Shown here: piece after piece, positions 1-13,957 of the stretch
Layout of the letters: each line of letters begins with the position of its first letter
Position numbering within the stretch: the stretch's first letter is position 1
Source of the DNA: an uncultured Eubacteriales bacterium
Lineage (GTDB): Bacteria > Acidobacteriota > Aminicenantia > Aminicenantales > UBA4085
Assembly (NCBI GenBank): GCA_964537875.1
Contig: CAZIDN010000010.1
Coordinates: forward strand, 3,417 to 67,416
Direction of reading: 5' to 3'
Length of the DNA stretch: 64,000 bases
Notes under the pieces: model-generated
What the model was told of the DNA's origin: nothing
What the model saw: the letters and a program-made list of their open reading frames with translations, nothing else
The model's database searches: none
Position numbers and translations under genes: made by a program

Positions 1-1736
1 TTCCGCTCGCCTTCCCTCAAGTTGATGATGAGGTTTTCCGCATCCTCAGAAACGGCGATCTCTTCGAGCTTGACCTCGGAGAAGACGCCTAATTTTTCCA
101 GGTTTCTTCTCGTCTCCAGGATCCTGTCCGAATACGCCCAATCCCCCTCCTGGACCCGGAGCTCTCTCAAGATGGCGTTTTTTCGGGTCACGACGTTCCC
201 GGTGATGGCGATTTTATCGATTCGGACTTTCCGTCCTTCCTGAATATCGAAACCCACCGCAAAAAGATTTTCGCCGGTTGTTGTCACCCGGGCCAAGACT
301 TTTGTCCCCCGCACTCCCTGGTTGAGATAATAATTTTCCAACCGTTCGATGTCTTTCCGGACGTCCGGCTGGAAATAGGGACCGCCGCCGGCGCTCGTCA
401 TCAGGGACAGAAGCGTTTGGGGGCTGAACAGCAACGCTCCATGAAGGGTCACCCGATCGATCTTCTGTTGGCTTCCCTCTTCGATGTTGAAAATGGCCGT
501 CATGTAGCCATCGATGAGCTTGAAATTCAAATCGACTTGGGTGTCCTTGAATCCTTTTGACTCGTAGAGCTGTTCGATCTGCTGGGGCATCTCAAAAACC
601 TTTTCTCCGGCGATGCCGCCCAGAAACGGGATGTCCGGTCCGATTCCCAGCTCAGCCTTCATCTCGGCCGGAGTGAAATAACGAAGGCCCTCGAAGGCCG
701 GCCCGAAAATCCGGTATTTTTTGCCGGTGTTGACTTCATGGATGACACGGATCTCGTTGGGCGCCTTCTCGATCGAGGATTTGGCCGTGGCGAAGATATA
801 CCCCTCGCTCCTGAGGGCGGAAAGCACCTTGGCTTCGGATTGGAGGAGTCCCCACTCCTCAAAAATCTTCTCTTCCCAGATCGGCCGGACCAGTCCTTCC
901 GCGACTTTGGCGCCTTTGATGGTGATGATGATCCGCTCGTTGGGAATCACCTTGATGGACAGGCCCACGCTTTGGTTTTCCTCATGAAAGACCGGGTCGG
1001 CCAGGTTGACTTCCGCCCGCGGATATCCAGCCGAAAGAAAATAGTCCTTGAGCCGGACAAGGTCCTCATCCACCAGCCGCGGGATGTAGGGCAGTCCTTC
1101 GCGGCTCATGATTTTTTTCTTGAGATCCGCCGGCGCAACGAGCGGCTCTCCAGGGAAATCGATGCTTTGGATGACATAACGAGAACCGGGCACGATCTCA
1201 AAGACAACGTCCACAAACGGCTGATTCGGGTCTTTTCCGGCCTGGGCCTTGACCTTTGAGTTCAAATAGCCTTCCTTTTTCAAGGCTTCGACCAGCTCCC
1301 CTTCTGCCCGGCTCATCCGGTCTTCGGAATAAAAACCCTCCGGTCGCAAGGAAAACAAGCTGTCTCTCAGGGTTCTTTGGGACAGGCCCTTTTCTCCGCG
1401 AAAGGCGACCTTGCGGGTGATCAGTTTTCGAGTCAGGAGAAACGTCAGCTGGACCTCGGTCTGCCCTTCTTTAAGGACCTGGATGTCGGAGAAAAGCCCT
1501 GTTTTATAAACCTGCTTGATCGTGCTATCGATTTTTTTTAAAGAATAGGGCTCCCCGGACGAAATGGGAATCAAAGCGGCTATCTCCGGTCCAGCCGCCG
1601 CTCCGTCAACCTGGACCGAAATGCTGCCGATGGGGGGAGGAGGATCCTCGGCGGGCCGTCCGGCAGAGAGGCCCGTCACGGCTGCCAGCAACAGGGCCGG
1701 AAGCAGGGCCTTAGAACCTTTTTCGAATCTTGGCAT
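1..1736 (-). CDS. BamA/TamA-family (Omp85) outer membrane protein assembly factor, N-terminal POTRA region; partial, C-terminal barrel lies beyond window start
   Basis: The minus-strand frame is open from ATG at 1736 to the window edge; it is absent from the ORF track because its stop lies outside the window. Hand translation gives a signal peptide MPRFEKGSKALLPALLLAAVTGLSA followed by POTRA-like segments (for example ITGNVVTRKNAILRELRVQEGDWAYSDRILETRRNLEKLGVFSEV) typical of BamA/TamA. The start overlaps the TamB stop by 26 nt. Confidence 0.8.
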   Translation of the reverse strand, partial: MPRFEKGSKALLPALLLAAVTGLSAGRPAEDPPPPIGSISVQVDGAAAGPEIAALIPISSGEPYSLKKIDSTIKQVYKTGLFSDIQVLKEGQTEVQLTFLLTRKLITRKVAFRGEKGLSQRTLRDSLFSLRPEGFYSEDRMSRAEGELVEALKKEGYLNSKVKAQAGKDPNQPFVDVVFEIVPGSRYVIQSIDFPGEPLVAPADLKKKIMSREGLPYIPRLVDEDLVRLKDYFLSAGYPRAEVNLADPVFHEENQSVGLSIKVIPNERIIITIKGAKVAEGLVRPIWEEKIFEEWGLLQSEAKVLSALRSEGYIFATAKSSIEKAPNEIRVIHEVNTGKKYRIFGPAFEGLRYFTPAEMKAELGIGPDIPFLGGIAGEKVFEMPQQIEQLYESKGFKDTQVDLNFKLIDGYMTAIFNIEEGSQQKIDRVTLHGALLFSPQTLLSLMTSAGGGPYFQPDVRKDIERLENYYLNQGVRGTKVLARVTTTGENLFAVGFDIQEGRKVRIDKIAITGNVVTRKNAILRELRVQEGDWAYSDRILETRRNLEKLGVFSEVKLEEIAVSEDAENLIINLREGER

Positions 1737-4700
1737 CGAAGCTTAAGCGGCCTCGCTCGTCTCGCATGCCGACCAAAGAGAAGTTGTCCCGGAACTCCCA
1801 TTCCAGGCGGACGATTTCTTCCCTTTGCGTCGTCAGGTTGGTCGAATAGAGGAGGATGATGTTTCTCGAGATTTTCTTGCCCACGGTCAGCCGGGCCGTC
1901 ATTTCCGTTGAAGCACCCAGGACGAAAGGATCGATCCGGAAGCGGTCGAGGCTGAACAGCTTTTCGGCCCGTTTCTTGGCCTCTTCCGCAATCTGGAACG
2001 ACAGCAGCGATCCCGTGCTGAGTTGGGAGCTCGTGTCATAAGAATATGTCCGTTTGAAGGACTCGCCCAAAGCCAGCAGGGCCAGGACATCTTCCGGAGG
2101 CAAGGGCGGGGATGAGGCAAATTCCGGCCGAAGATGGTCCACCAGCCCGGTCAAGGAAAACGTGACTCGGTAGTCCTTGAGAAAAGTCTCGCCGCGGAAA
2201 TCCAGGTAAGGCTCGACCGTGGTCGGGTTGAAAAAACTCAGCTTGGCCCGCAAGACCCTGAATTTTCTGTCCTGGAAGTACACGTCTCCCCTCAATCCTT
2301 CTATATCGCCGAGGACGATCGGGGAGCCGGCGTTCCCGGCGATGGTCAGGTCAAAGCGTCCCTGGATTCTGCCGAGGGCGTTCTCGACCACGGCGCTATC
2401 GTCCGCCCGAAGGCGGATGTTCAAAGTCATGTCATCGAAGATGCTCGGTTCTTTTTTCGCCTCGATGTACGGCGACGAGGAAAAGCTGAATTTTTCGTCA
2501 AGCTCCCTGCGCCAGGACAGCTGCTTGATGAGGAACTCTCCCGAGAGCGCGAAACGGTTCTCGTCGCGAAGGAGCCGCAGCGAGCCGTCGGCCAAGGCGC
2601 GGGTCCGTTCCAACAGCGAAAGGATCATATCCTTGCCCTCGGCGCGGAGGTCCACAAACTCCAGCCCGCCTTTGCCGATCCGGATCTCTCCCGATCCGAA
2701 AACGTTGCCGCCTCCGAGCTTGGCCTGGAGGGAGCGGACCGAAACTTTGTTGTTCTGGATGAACACGAGGCCCGTGTAATCCGTCAGCGCCTGAGCGAAG
2801 TCCGGGAAAGGAAAAAGCGGGCCCTTGAAATCGATCACGCCGCTGAGCTGGGTGGAGGGTTTGGGTCCTTTGATCTCGGCCAGAAAATTCGCCTCGCCCT
2901 TCACGCCTTTCCAGGGCAAGAACAGGTCGAAGTTGGACAGCCGGCCTTTGAGGTTGAGCGAATACGATTTCTCCGCTTGAGGATAAGAGAAAGTCAGCGA
3001 AAAATCATTGTCGCCCGGCTCGAGCCGCCCGTCGAGCTTGACATTCAGCCTGTCGTCGATATAGCTGAGCTCGACGTCTCCGGCCGCACCCGCGCGTTCA
3101 AAGGAGGCCGCCTGCAGATCTTTGAGGTCAAACTTTCCCTTGGCGACATCCCGGCTGAAGAGCCCCTTGCCCTTCAGGCCGAAGCTCAGCCGCCCTTTGA
3201 CAGGGGAATAAATGGAAGAAAGGCTCACATTCTCCGCCGTCAAATCGATGTCGAAATCTCTGTTTTTGAACCCGACCTGGAAAGAGCCTTTCGCTTTTCC
3301 CCCGTACAGCGAGGCGGCAATCTCGGGAAAAGCCAGCGTCTTCGATTCATCCGTCCACAACAATTTTCCCTTGACATCCCGAATGTCCTGGCCGGCCAGG
3401 TTGACTCGGGGCGCCGCAAAATCCCCCTGGACCAGGAGGTTTTGGCCCTTTTCCGTGACTTCTATATCGCCGGAAGCGCGGCCCTCGAGCGGGATGTTAA
3501 GGTCGAGGGCCGGAAGGATTTTTTCGACCAGGCCTTCGTCCAGGTGGATTTTCACGTTCAGGTCCTTTGGCCTGGAGAGAAGTCGGAGATCCCCTTTCAT
3601 GCTCGAATCGTTGATCTTAAACAACCCCGACAGCTCGCCTTTGGCGATCTCGGCCAGGCCGCTCACAGACCCGGCCTCGAATTTGGCAAACCCGCCGGGC
3701 GCCAGGGAAAATTCGGCTTTGATCTGGGGAGAAGCAAAATCCCCGAGGATTTTGATCTCCGCTGTCCCCTGTCCCCGGATCTCCGGAAAATCGAACTTCT
3801 CGTTCAAAATCAGGGAGGTGAACTCGCGGCCCTGCTTGACATCGGCGACATCGCCTTGGATAGCCACTTTGACGTCTTTCCCGATTTCAATCGCCCCGTC
3901 CACATTCATCACGGCAAAGCTCGATTCGAGTTTCTGGGAAGTGAAGGAAATCTTTTTTTTGCCGTCCCAGTTAAAGTCCACGATGCCGCGGAAGTCAAAC
4001 CTGTCGGGAGCGGCGGTCAAAAGGTCGTCGTTGAACTGGGCCAGAGCGTGGAGTCGTCCCTTCTCGACGGTAAAATTCCCCGTCACCGGCGAACTCACCG
4101 GCCAGGGCAGTCGAACATACTCGATGATCGGGTCTAAATGAAAATCCCTGGCTTTGCCTTCGACCTTTCCTTCCTTGAAGGTGATCTCCATATATTCTTT
4201 GGGGGCGGCCCTCTTCTGCATCACCAGCGCCACTCTCCCGCCCGTCTGCCCGCCGATAGCCACCTTGCCTTCCACATTTCCTAGAGCGATCGTATTTAAA
4301 ACAAGGTCGCCGCTGGCCAGATCCGCCCGGAAGGCCACTTCGCTTTTTTTCAGGGTCAGGGTGCCCTTCCCATCAACGGTCCCCGTCCAGTCAAACGGGA
4401 GGTCGAAGATATCCTGGATCAGGCTCGTCTGGCCATGAAGAGAGGCCTGGATTTCGAATTCGGGCTGTTCGGGATTGGATAAGATGCCTTTGCCCTTGAT
4501 GATGAACTCGGGACCGTAGGCTCGAATTCTGTTGATGGCGATCGTGTTTCCTTTTCCTTCCAGGGAAATAACGGCCTTCCCGGTCAAGGGATAATCCAGG
4601 GAATCCAGCAGCAGGGAATTTTCATCCGATTCGGCCCGCAGGACGAGACGGTCCTGGGACTGCCGGAAAAAAGCCTTGATTTTATAGGAGGTAAAGCTCG

Positions 4701-5121
4701 TCTTTTCTCCCCAGTAATAGAATTCCCCGTCTCGGATAAAGCCGTTTTCTATGGAAATCGGGAGAGGCAGCTTCAGGGCGATTTTCTGCTTCTGGTCCGG
4801 GCGGGGATTCTCGTAAATCCGCAAAACGGGGCGCTCGATAAAGACCCGGAGGGGCCGGTCCCTTTTCAGGAGCGATAAAAACGGAATCTGGAGGACGACT
4901 TGCTCGGCGGAAAAAAACGGCGACGCCGAAACCGTCCGGACATCCTCCATCACAATGGCGGGCGGGATGACGGTCAGACGAAGCCGGGCATAATGGAGGG
5001 TGGTTTCGATTTTTTTCCTGACCTGATGGAGGATCAGGTTCTTCAAGACGATCGCGCCCCCGAGCAGAAAGACGACCAGGAACGAAAAGGCGATCAGGGA
5101 TTTTAGCCTTTTAATTCTCAT
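1711..5121 (-). CDS. tamB: TamB/AsmA-family translocation and assembly module protein
   Basis: This is a 1136-aa ORF. It has an N-terminal membrane anchor (LIAFSFLVVFLLGGAIVL), a long beta-rich repetitive body and a DUF490-like C-terminal tail (EIVRLEWEFRDNFSLVGMRDERGRLSFDAKIRKRF). It sits immediately upstream of the Omp85 gene. Confidence 0.75.
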   Translation of the reverse strand: MRIKRLKSLIAFSFLVVFLLGGAIVLKNLILHQVRKKIETTLHYARLRLTVIPPAIVMEDVRTVSASPFFSAEQVVLQIPFLSLLKRDRPLRVFIERPVLRIYENPRPDQKQKIALKLPLPISIENGFIRDGEFYYWGEKTSFTSYKIKAFFRQSQDRLVLRAESDENSLLLDSLDYPLTGKAVISLEGKGNTIAINRIRAYGPEFIIKGKGILSNPEQPEFEIQASLHGQTSLIQDIFDLPFDWTGTVDGKGTLTLKKSEVAFRADLASGDLVLNTIALGNVEGKVAIGGQTGGRVALVMQKRAAPKEYMEITFKEGKVEGKARDFHLDPIIEYVRLPWPVSSPVTGNFTVEKGRLHALAQFNDDLLTAAPDRFDFRGIVDFNWDGKKKISFTSQKLESSFAVMNVDGAIEIGKDVKVAIQGDVADVKQGREFTSLILNEKFDFPEIRGQGTAEIKILGDFASPQIKAEFSLAPGGFAKFEAGSVSGLAEIAKGELSGLFKINDSSMKGDLRLLSRPKDLNVKIHLDEGLVEKILPALDLNIPLEGRASGDIEVTEKGQNLLVQGDFAAPRVNLAGQDIRDVKGKLLWTDESKTLAFPEIAASLYGGKAKGSFQVGFKNRDFDIDLTAENVSLSSIYSPVKGRLSFGLKGKGLFSRDVAKGKFDLKDLQAASFERAGAAGDVELSYIDDRLNVKLDGRLEPGDNDFSLTFSYPQAEKSYSLNLKGRLSNFDLFLPWKGVKGEANFLAEIKGPKPSTQLSGVIDFKGPLFPFPDFAQALTDYTGLVFIQNNKVSVRSLQAKLGGGNVFGSGEIRIGKGGLEFVDLRAEGKDMILSLLERTRALADGSLRLLRDENRFALSGEFLIKQLSWRRELDEKFSFSSSPYIEAKKEPSIFDDMTLNIRLRADDSAVVENALGRIQGRFDLTIAGNAGSPIVLGDIEGLRGDVYFQDRKFRVLRAKLSFFNPTTVEPYLDFRGETFLKDYRVTFSLTGLVDHLRPEFASSPPLPPEDVLALLALGESFKRTYSYDTSSQLSTGSLLSFQIAEEAKKRAEKLFSLDRFRIDPFVLGASTEMTARLTVGKKISRNIILLYSTNLTTQREEIVRLEWEFRDNFSLVGMRDERGRLSFDAKIRKRF

Positions 5122-5462
5122 TTTCTAAAATTTGAGCTAGTCTTCCTCTCCTTAAATATACCAAAAAAATTCGGGGACATGTACCGAATTTTTAAAACAT
5201 GGTCAAAACCCTAAATATGAGATATTAATCCCCCTACCCGCTCGGCCAATCAAGGTGGTAATAAAAAGGTCGGTACGCGTCCCCAGAATTTTTAATCCGG
5301 CCAAAAGCGGATGAAACGGTAGAGAATGGTGACGATGGCGCAGAAGAGAATATAGGTCAGCGAGAAAATGATGGCTAGGCGCGCCTAGTCCTTGGTCATA
5401 ATCGCCTTTGAATTCCGCTCCAGATTATCAAAAAAGCGAAACGACCGCCAGCCTCGGAAACG

Positions 5463-5954
5463 TTATTCTACAGAAAAAAGCAGGGCGCCGGTCTCGACAT
5501 GGTCGCCGGGCTTCAGCCGGAGATAGGTCAGGCGGCCGGCCTGCGGCGATTTGATTTCATTCTGCATCTTCATCGCTTCGAGGACGAGCACGGCCTGCCC
5601 TTCCTGGATCTCCTCCCCTGCCGCGGCGAGAATCCGGACGATGCGTCCGGGCATGGTCGTCTTGATTTCCCTTTTCCGGATCTTGCTCTTGGCGCCGTTG
5701 AGAATTCTCAAGGCCGATTTTTTCTCGAGCTTGAAATACTTCTCGTTGACGAAGACCGAATGGGCCTGGGAGTCTGAATGGATGATGATATTGAACACCT
5801 GGCCGTCGATGTTCAAAAGGAGCTCATCGCCGCTCAGAAATTCCACCCGAACCGCATGCGCCCGACCGTTGAGAGCCGCCTGGAAAATGTTCTCCCCTTT
5901 TTCTTCTAGAGTCAGCCTGATTTCTTCCTGTCCGTGCCAAAAAACAAGGTTCAT
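5463..5954 (-). CDS. biotin carboxyl carrier / biotin-lipoyl attachment domain protein of acyl-CoA carboxylase
   Basis: The C-terminal biotinylation motif EAMKMQNEI is present. The gene follows the biotin carboxylase gene directly, stop to start. The N-terminal half is not a canonical AccB. Confidence 0.75.
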   Translation of the reverse strand: MNLVFWHGQEEIRLTLEEKGENIFQAALNGRAHAVRVEFLSGDELLLNIDGQVFNIIIHSDSQAHSVFVNEKYFKLEKKSALRILNGAKSKIRKREIKTTMPGRIVRILAAAGEEIQEGQAVLVLEAMKMQNEIKSPQAGRLTYLRLKPGDHVETGALLFSVE

Positions 5955-7460
<1,506 letters not shown>

Positions 7461-7672
7461 GCCGCTTGATCTCTTTTCTAAATGTTTCTCTTCCATTTTG
7501 AATGGGGAAAAATGATCTGAGAAGAGATCCGAAAACGGCCTCGCTCCCCATCCGGGTTTTTCACGCCGTCCTCGGATCGTTCCTCCTTTCGACCCACACA
7601 AAATGGAAGGGAACCTTTTAATTTATCCAAGATATGCTTTAATCTCAAGTCCAAAAAAATTACTGGAGCTTA

Positions 7673-9223
<1,551 letters not shown>

Positions 9224-9242
9224 GGCCCTCGGCCTCGCTCAA

Positions 9243-9887
9243 TTATTTTTTCACCTTACCCCAGTCTTTCAAAAATTTCTCGATGCCGATATCGGTCAGG
9301 GGATGCCTGACGAGCTTATCCATCACCGAGTAAGGAATCGTGCAAATGTCGGCCCCGAGGAGCGCCGCCTCGACGACGTGGCGCGGATGGCGGATGCTGG
9401 CCACGATGATCTCGGTCGTGATCCGGTAATTGTCGAAGATCGTCGCGATCTCCTCAATCAAGGCCATCCCTTCTTCCGAGATGTCATCCAGGCGACCGAT
9501 GAACGGGCTGACGAACTTGGCCCCGGCCTTCGCCGCGAGCAGGGCCTGGCTGGCCGAAAAGATGAGCGTCGTGTTGACCATGATCCCCTCGCCGGAGAGG
9601 ACCTTGATCGCTTTGAGCCCTTCGATGGTGATGGGGATTTTGACGGCGATGTTCTTGGCCAGCTTGGCCAGCTTGCGGGCTTCGGCGATGATGTCCGGCG
9701 ATTTGTCGGATACGCATTCCACGCTCACCGGCCCGGGAACGATCCGGCAGATCTCCTTGACGAGGTCCTCGAATTTCAGGCTCTCCTTGGCGCACAGGGA
9801 CGGATTGGTCGTCACTCCGTCGAGGATCCCCCAGCTTGCCACGTCTCGGATCTCGTCAAGATTGGCCGTATCCAGGAAAAACTTCAT
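9243..9887 (-). CDS. tal: transaldolase / fructose-6-phosphate aldolase family (short TalC/Fsa type)
   Basis: A 214-aa protein with [13 protein letters not shown] and KIPIT-EGLKAIK motifs; the TIM-barrel Schiff-base lysine region is present. Confidence 0.85.
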   Translation of the reverse strand: MKFFLDTANLDEIRDVASWGILDGVTTNPSLCAKESLKFEDLVKEICRIVPGPVSVECVSDKSPDIIAEARKLAKLAKNIAVKIPITIEGLKAIKVLSGEGIMVNTTLIFSASQALLAAKAGAKFVSPFIGRLDDISEEGMALIEEIATIFDNYRITTEIIVASIRHPRHVVEAALLGADICTIPYSVMDKLVRHPLTDIGIEKFLKDWGKVKK

Positions 9888-9925
9888 GATCTCCTCCCTT
9901 CAAATTCGCGGCTCAGCCCGAGCCT

Positions 9926-10696
9926 CTATCTAACCGTTAACACTTGATTGGACAGTGTCCCGATGCCTTCGATTTGGATGTCGACGCGGTCTCCCGGCTG
10001 CATCGGCCCGATCCCGGCCGGCGTCCCCGTCGTGATGATATCGCCGGGAAGGAGGGTCATGACGTTGGAGATAAAACAGACGAGGAACGGGATGGAAAAG
10101 ATCAGGTTCCTGGTGTTCGAGGACTGCCGCAGCTTGCCGTTCAGAAACGTCTTGATATTCAGCCGCGACGGGTCGAGGCCGGTGGCGATGCACGGCCCGA
10201 CCGCGGCGAACGTGTCAAAGGACTTGGCCCGGGTGAACTGTTTGTCCTTGTCCTGAAGGTCGCGCGCCGTCACGTCGTTGAAGCACGTGTAGCCCAGGAT
10301 ATAGTCCTCGGCCCGGTCTCTCTCGTTCAGCTGATAGGCCTTTTTCTTGATGACGCAGGCGAGCTCGCCCTCGTAATCCACGCGCTTGGACATCCTGGGA
10401 TACATGATCATGTCATGCGGGCCGATCACGGCCGTGGACGGCTTGATGAAGAGCAGCGGCTCTTCGGGCAGAGGACTCCCCCGCTCCGCGGCATGGTCCC
10501 TGTAATTCAGCCCGACGGCCACGATTTTTGAAGGCTCAACCGGCGGCAGGAGCATCACCTCGCCGATGGGGATTCCCCTGTCTTCGAATTGGAATTGATC
10601 GAAAATCGAGCCCGTCACCGGATAGAGGATCTCTTCCCTCAAGACGCCGTGGGCGATGAAGTCGCCGTGCTTAAACCTGTAGATTTTCATGGCCAC
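9926..10696 (-). CDS. fumarylacetoacetate hydrolase (FAH) family protein
   Basis: A 256-aa protein with YEGELACVI and GDIITTGTPAGIG motifs typical of FAH / 2-keto-4-pentenoate hydratase-like enzymes. Confidence 0.85.
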   Translation of the reverse strand: MAMKIYRFKHGDFIAHGVLREEILYPVTGSIFDQFQFEDRGIPIGEVMLLPPVEPSKIVAVGLNYRDHAAERGSPLPEEPLLFIKPSTAVIGPHDMIMYPRMSKRVDYEGELACVIKKKAYQLNERDRAEDYILGYTCFNDVTARDLQDKDKQFTRAKSFDTFAAVGPCIATGLDPSRLNIKTFLNGKLRQSSNTRNLIFSIPFLVCFISNVMTLLPGDIITTGTPAGIGPMQPGDRVDIQIEGIGTLSNQVLTVR

Positions 10697-11835
10697 CCAT
10701 CCTTGATGATCTCAGACACGGTCTCCGACTTAGGGCTTTCATTTTCGCTGTGATCGAGCGCAGTTATAGCATATTCATAACGTTTGTCCTTTTCAACTGA
10801 AGTGTCGGTGTACGTGTTCTCGAGGATCGACTGGGCGGTCAGCGGGACAAACCGGTCCTGGCCGGCCTCCCGCCTCCAAACCTTATAACCGGCCAGATCC
10901 TTTGCGCGGCCGGCGTCCCAGATGAGGGTGATGAAGTTCGCGCCTTTAATGGCGGTCAATCCAGCCGGCGCGGCAGGAGGAAAGACGTCTTTGGGCGTCA
11001 CTTCCGTCGTCGCCGAGTCCTCGCTCTCCTGGACAGGGGTTGCCTCCGAAGCCGCCGCCCGGACGAAATAGCGGTAAGTCTGGCCGAAGAGGAAATTGGC
11101 GTCGTTGAATTTCTCTTCCCGGACAAGACCGGGATTCAGGCGCTGAAGCTTATGGCTGCTGTCGATTCGATAGATGTAATAACCTTTCAAGCGGGCCGGC
11201 GCAGAATGATCGAAATTCTCCTGCGGCGCATCCCAGTCGATTTGGATCCGGTCTTCAAACACCTGTGTCCGGATATTCCCCGGCGGCAGAGGAAGAGGCT
11301 GCGGGCTGACGGCGGCGTGGTCGGAAAAATCCGAGAAACGGCCTTTTTTCGCTTCCTTGACCCTGACCGCAAAGAGCAGCCTGCCGGCCTTCAGGTCTTT
11401 TTCAGTGAGAAGATATTTATAGATCTGTTCTTTAGCCATCGGCGCTTTTTTTTTCGGCTCGGCCGAACCCGCTTTTTTCTGAGGTTCGTTTTTCCGAGCC
11501 GGAGGGGGCGGTTCTATCTGATCGATAACGGCCAGCCGCCGGGCTTTGGATTCGAACTCTCCGGCCGTAATGGCGGAAGCGCCGGCTTGGGGAGAGCCTC
11601 CGGCTTCATAAACCCAGACCTCGATGGCTGAGATGCCGGCCAGCGGCCTGCCGTCGGTGTAGGACTCCGGGTTGGTCCAATCGAGCAGGATATGCCGGCC
11701 GCGCTGGACGGCTTTCAGGTTTTCCGCTTTTTGAGGGACATAGACAAACGGGGGCAGGATTCCCCCTTTTTTTCCGCAGGCTGCGGCCGCCAGGAGCAGC
11801 ACGACAACCGCGGCGGAAGAGACAATTTTCTTCAT
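10687..11835 (-). CDS. lipoprotein with fibronectin type III-like domains (hypothetical)
   Basis: A signal peptide ending in the lipobox LLAAAAC, then two Fn3-like segments (LKAVQRGRHILLDWTNP; LTAIKGANFITLIWDAGRAKDLAGYKVWRRE). A Pro/Lys-rich linker separates them. Confidence 0.5.
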   Translation of the reverse strand: MKKIVSSAAVVVLLLAAAACGKKGGILPPFVYVPQKAENLKAVQRGRHILLDWTNPESYTDGRPLAGISAIEVWVYEAGGSPQAGASAITAGEFESKARRLAVIDQIEPPPPARKNEPQKKAGSAEPKKKAPMAKEQIYKYLLTEKDLKAGRLLFAVRVKEAKKGRFSDFSDHAAVSPQPLPLPPGNIRTQVFEDRIQIDWDAPQENFDHSAPARLKGYYIYRIDSSHKLQRLNPGLVREEKFNDANFLFGQTYRYFVRAAASEATPVQESEDSATTEVTPKDVFPPAAPAGLTAIKGANFITLIWDAGRAKDLAGYKVWRREAGQDRFVPLTAQSILENTYTDTSVEKDKRYEYAITALDHSENESPKSETVSEIIKDGWP

Positions 11836-13232
11836 TAAAGAATGAAGCGCCTCAAATCCTGGTCTTTCATGATCTCCTTCAACTGCCCCTGGACATATTT
11901 TTTGTCGATGACGATATTCTTCAGCTTGACATTCGGGGCCTTGAACGAGATCTCCTCCATCACTTTTTCCATGACGGTATGCAGGCGGCGGGCGCCGATA
12001 TCCTCCGAGTCGCGGTTGACCTCCTCGGCAATCTGGGCGATCTCGTCGATCGCGTCCGGGGTGAACTCGACACGGACGTCCTCGGTCTCGAGCAGGGCGA
12101 TATATTGCTTGATGAGCGCATTCTCGGGCTCGGTCAGGATCCGGATAAAATCCTCCTTGTTGAGCGAGGTGAGCTCGACGCGGATCGGGAACCGGCCCTG
12201 GAGCTCCGGAATGAGGTCGGCCGGCTTGGCCACGTTAAAGGCGCCGGCGCCGATGAATAGGACATGGTCGGTCTTGACCAGCCCGTACCGCGTGTTGACC
12301 GTCGTGCCCTCGACGATGGGCAGCAGGTCCCGCTGGACGCCCTCGCGGCTGACTTCCGGGCCGTGGCCCGATTCGCGGCCGGCGATCTTGTCCATCTCGT
12401 CGAGAAAAACCATCCCGGAATGCTCGACCCGCTCGATGGCCAGGCGGGCTACCTGGTCCATGTCGATCAGCCGGCGCTGTTCCTCGTCAATCAGGAACTC
12501 CCGCGCTTCCAGGATTTTCATCTTGCGTTTTTTGGCCTTTCCGCCCAGAAAGCCCGGAATGATCTCCTGGATCTGGATGCCAATCTCCTCCACGCCCTGG
12601 TTGGAAAAGATCTCGAACGGAGGCGCCATTCTTTCCTTCACTTCGATCTCGACCATCCGCTCCTCAAGGGCGCCGTCCCGGAGCTGCTTGCGGAGCTTTT
12701 CCCTCGTTTCGTTGAACCTCTGGTATTCCTCCTCGCTGACCGAATTATCCCTCCGCCGCAGGGGAGGAAGAAGCAGGTCGAGCAGCTTTTCCTCGACATT
12801 GGCTATGGCTTTTTCCTGGACCTCTTCCATCTTCTCCTGCTTGACCATGTCCACCCCCATCCGGACCAGGTCACGGACGATGGATTCCACATCCCGGCCG
12901 ACATAGCCGACTTCCGTGAACTTGCTGGCCTCGATCTTGAGAAACGGCGAGGCGGTGAGCTTGGCCAGGCGGCGCGAGATTTCTGTCTTTCCGACGCCGG
13001 TCGGGCCGATCATCAGGATATTTTTGGGGGCGATTTCGTCGGCCAGTTCGGATGGAACGCGGCGTCTCCTGTATCGGTTGCGCAGGGCGATGGCCACGGC
13101 TTTTTTGGCGGCTTTCTGGCCGATGATGTACTTATCAAGCTCGGCGACGATCTCCTGCGGGGTCAACTCTTCGTCGATATCGCGGAGTTTCTCGTCGGAT
13201 TTTTCAAAGCTCTTGGGAAGCTGGATGGGCAT
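11835..13232 (-). CDS. hslU: ATP-dependent protease ATPase subunit HslU
   Basis: A 465-aa AAA+ protein: Walker [18 protein letters not shown], then [20 protein letters not shown], with the I-domain insertion and a C-terminal sensor region. Confidence 0.95.
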   Translation of the reverse strand: MPIQLPKSFEKSDEKLRDIDEELTPQEIVAELDKYIIGQKAAKKAVAIALRNRYRRRRVPSELADEIAPKNILMIGPTGVGKTEISRRLAKLTASPFLKIEASKFTEVGYVGRDVESIVRDLVRMGVDMVKQEKMEEVQEKAIANVEEKLLDLLLPPLRRRDNSVSEEEYQRFNETREKLRKQLRDGALEERMVEIEVKERMAPPFEIFSNQGVEEIGIQIQEIIPGFLGGKAKKRKMKILEAREFLIDEEQRRLIDMDQVARLAIERVEHSGMVFLDEMDKIAGRESGHGPEVSREGVQRDLLPIVEGTTVNTRYGLVKTDHVLFIGAGAFNVAKPADLIPELQGRFPIRVELTSLNKEDFIRILTEPENALIKQYIALLETEDVRVEFTPDAIDEIAQIAEEVNRDSEDIGARRLHTVMEKVMEEISFKAPNVKLKNIVIDKKYVQGQLKEIMKDQDLRRFIL

Positions 13233-13760
<528 letters not shown>

Positions 13761-13957
13761 CGGAACTCCAAATTGACTTACCTATGATAAAGGATAGGAA
13801 AGAACAAGTAAAGATCAAGAAGAAAGCCCATCTGTCCCATCGCTATTGACTTCGGGCTTTTCCTGAAATATAAATAACCTGAAATTCCAAGGGCAGAAAA
13901 ATTCCATTAAAAAGGGGGTCTTGATCATCACCGTCCCCATGACATATCCTAAACAAA

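Noticed and set aside
2134-4137. 667-aa plus-strand ORF, plus 2219-2779 and 3212-4141 ORFs
   Set aside because: They lie antisense to tamB. The TamB reading frame has the conserved N-terminal anchor and DUF490-like C-terminus.
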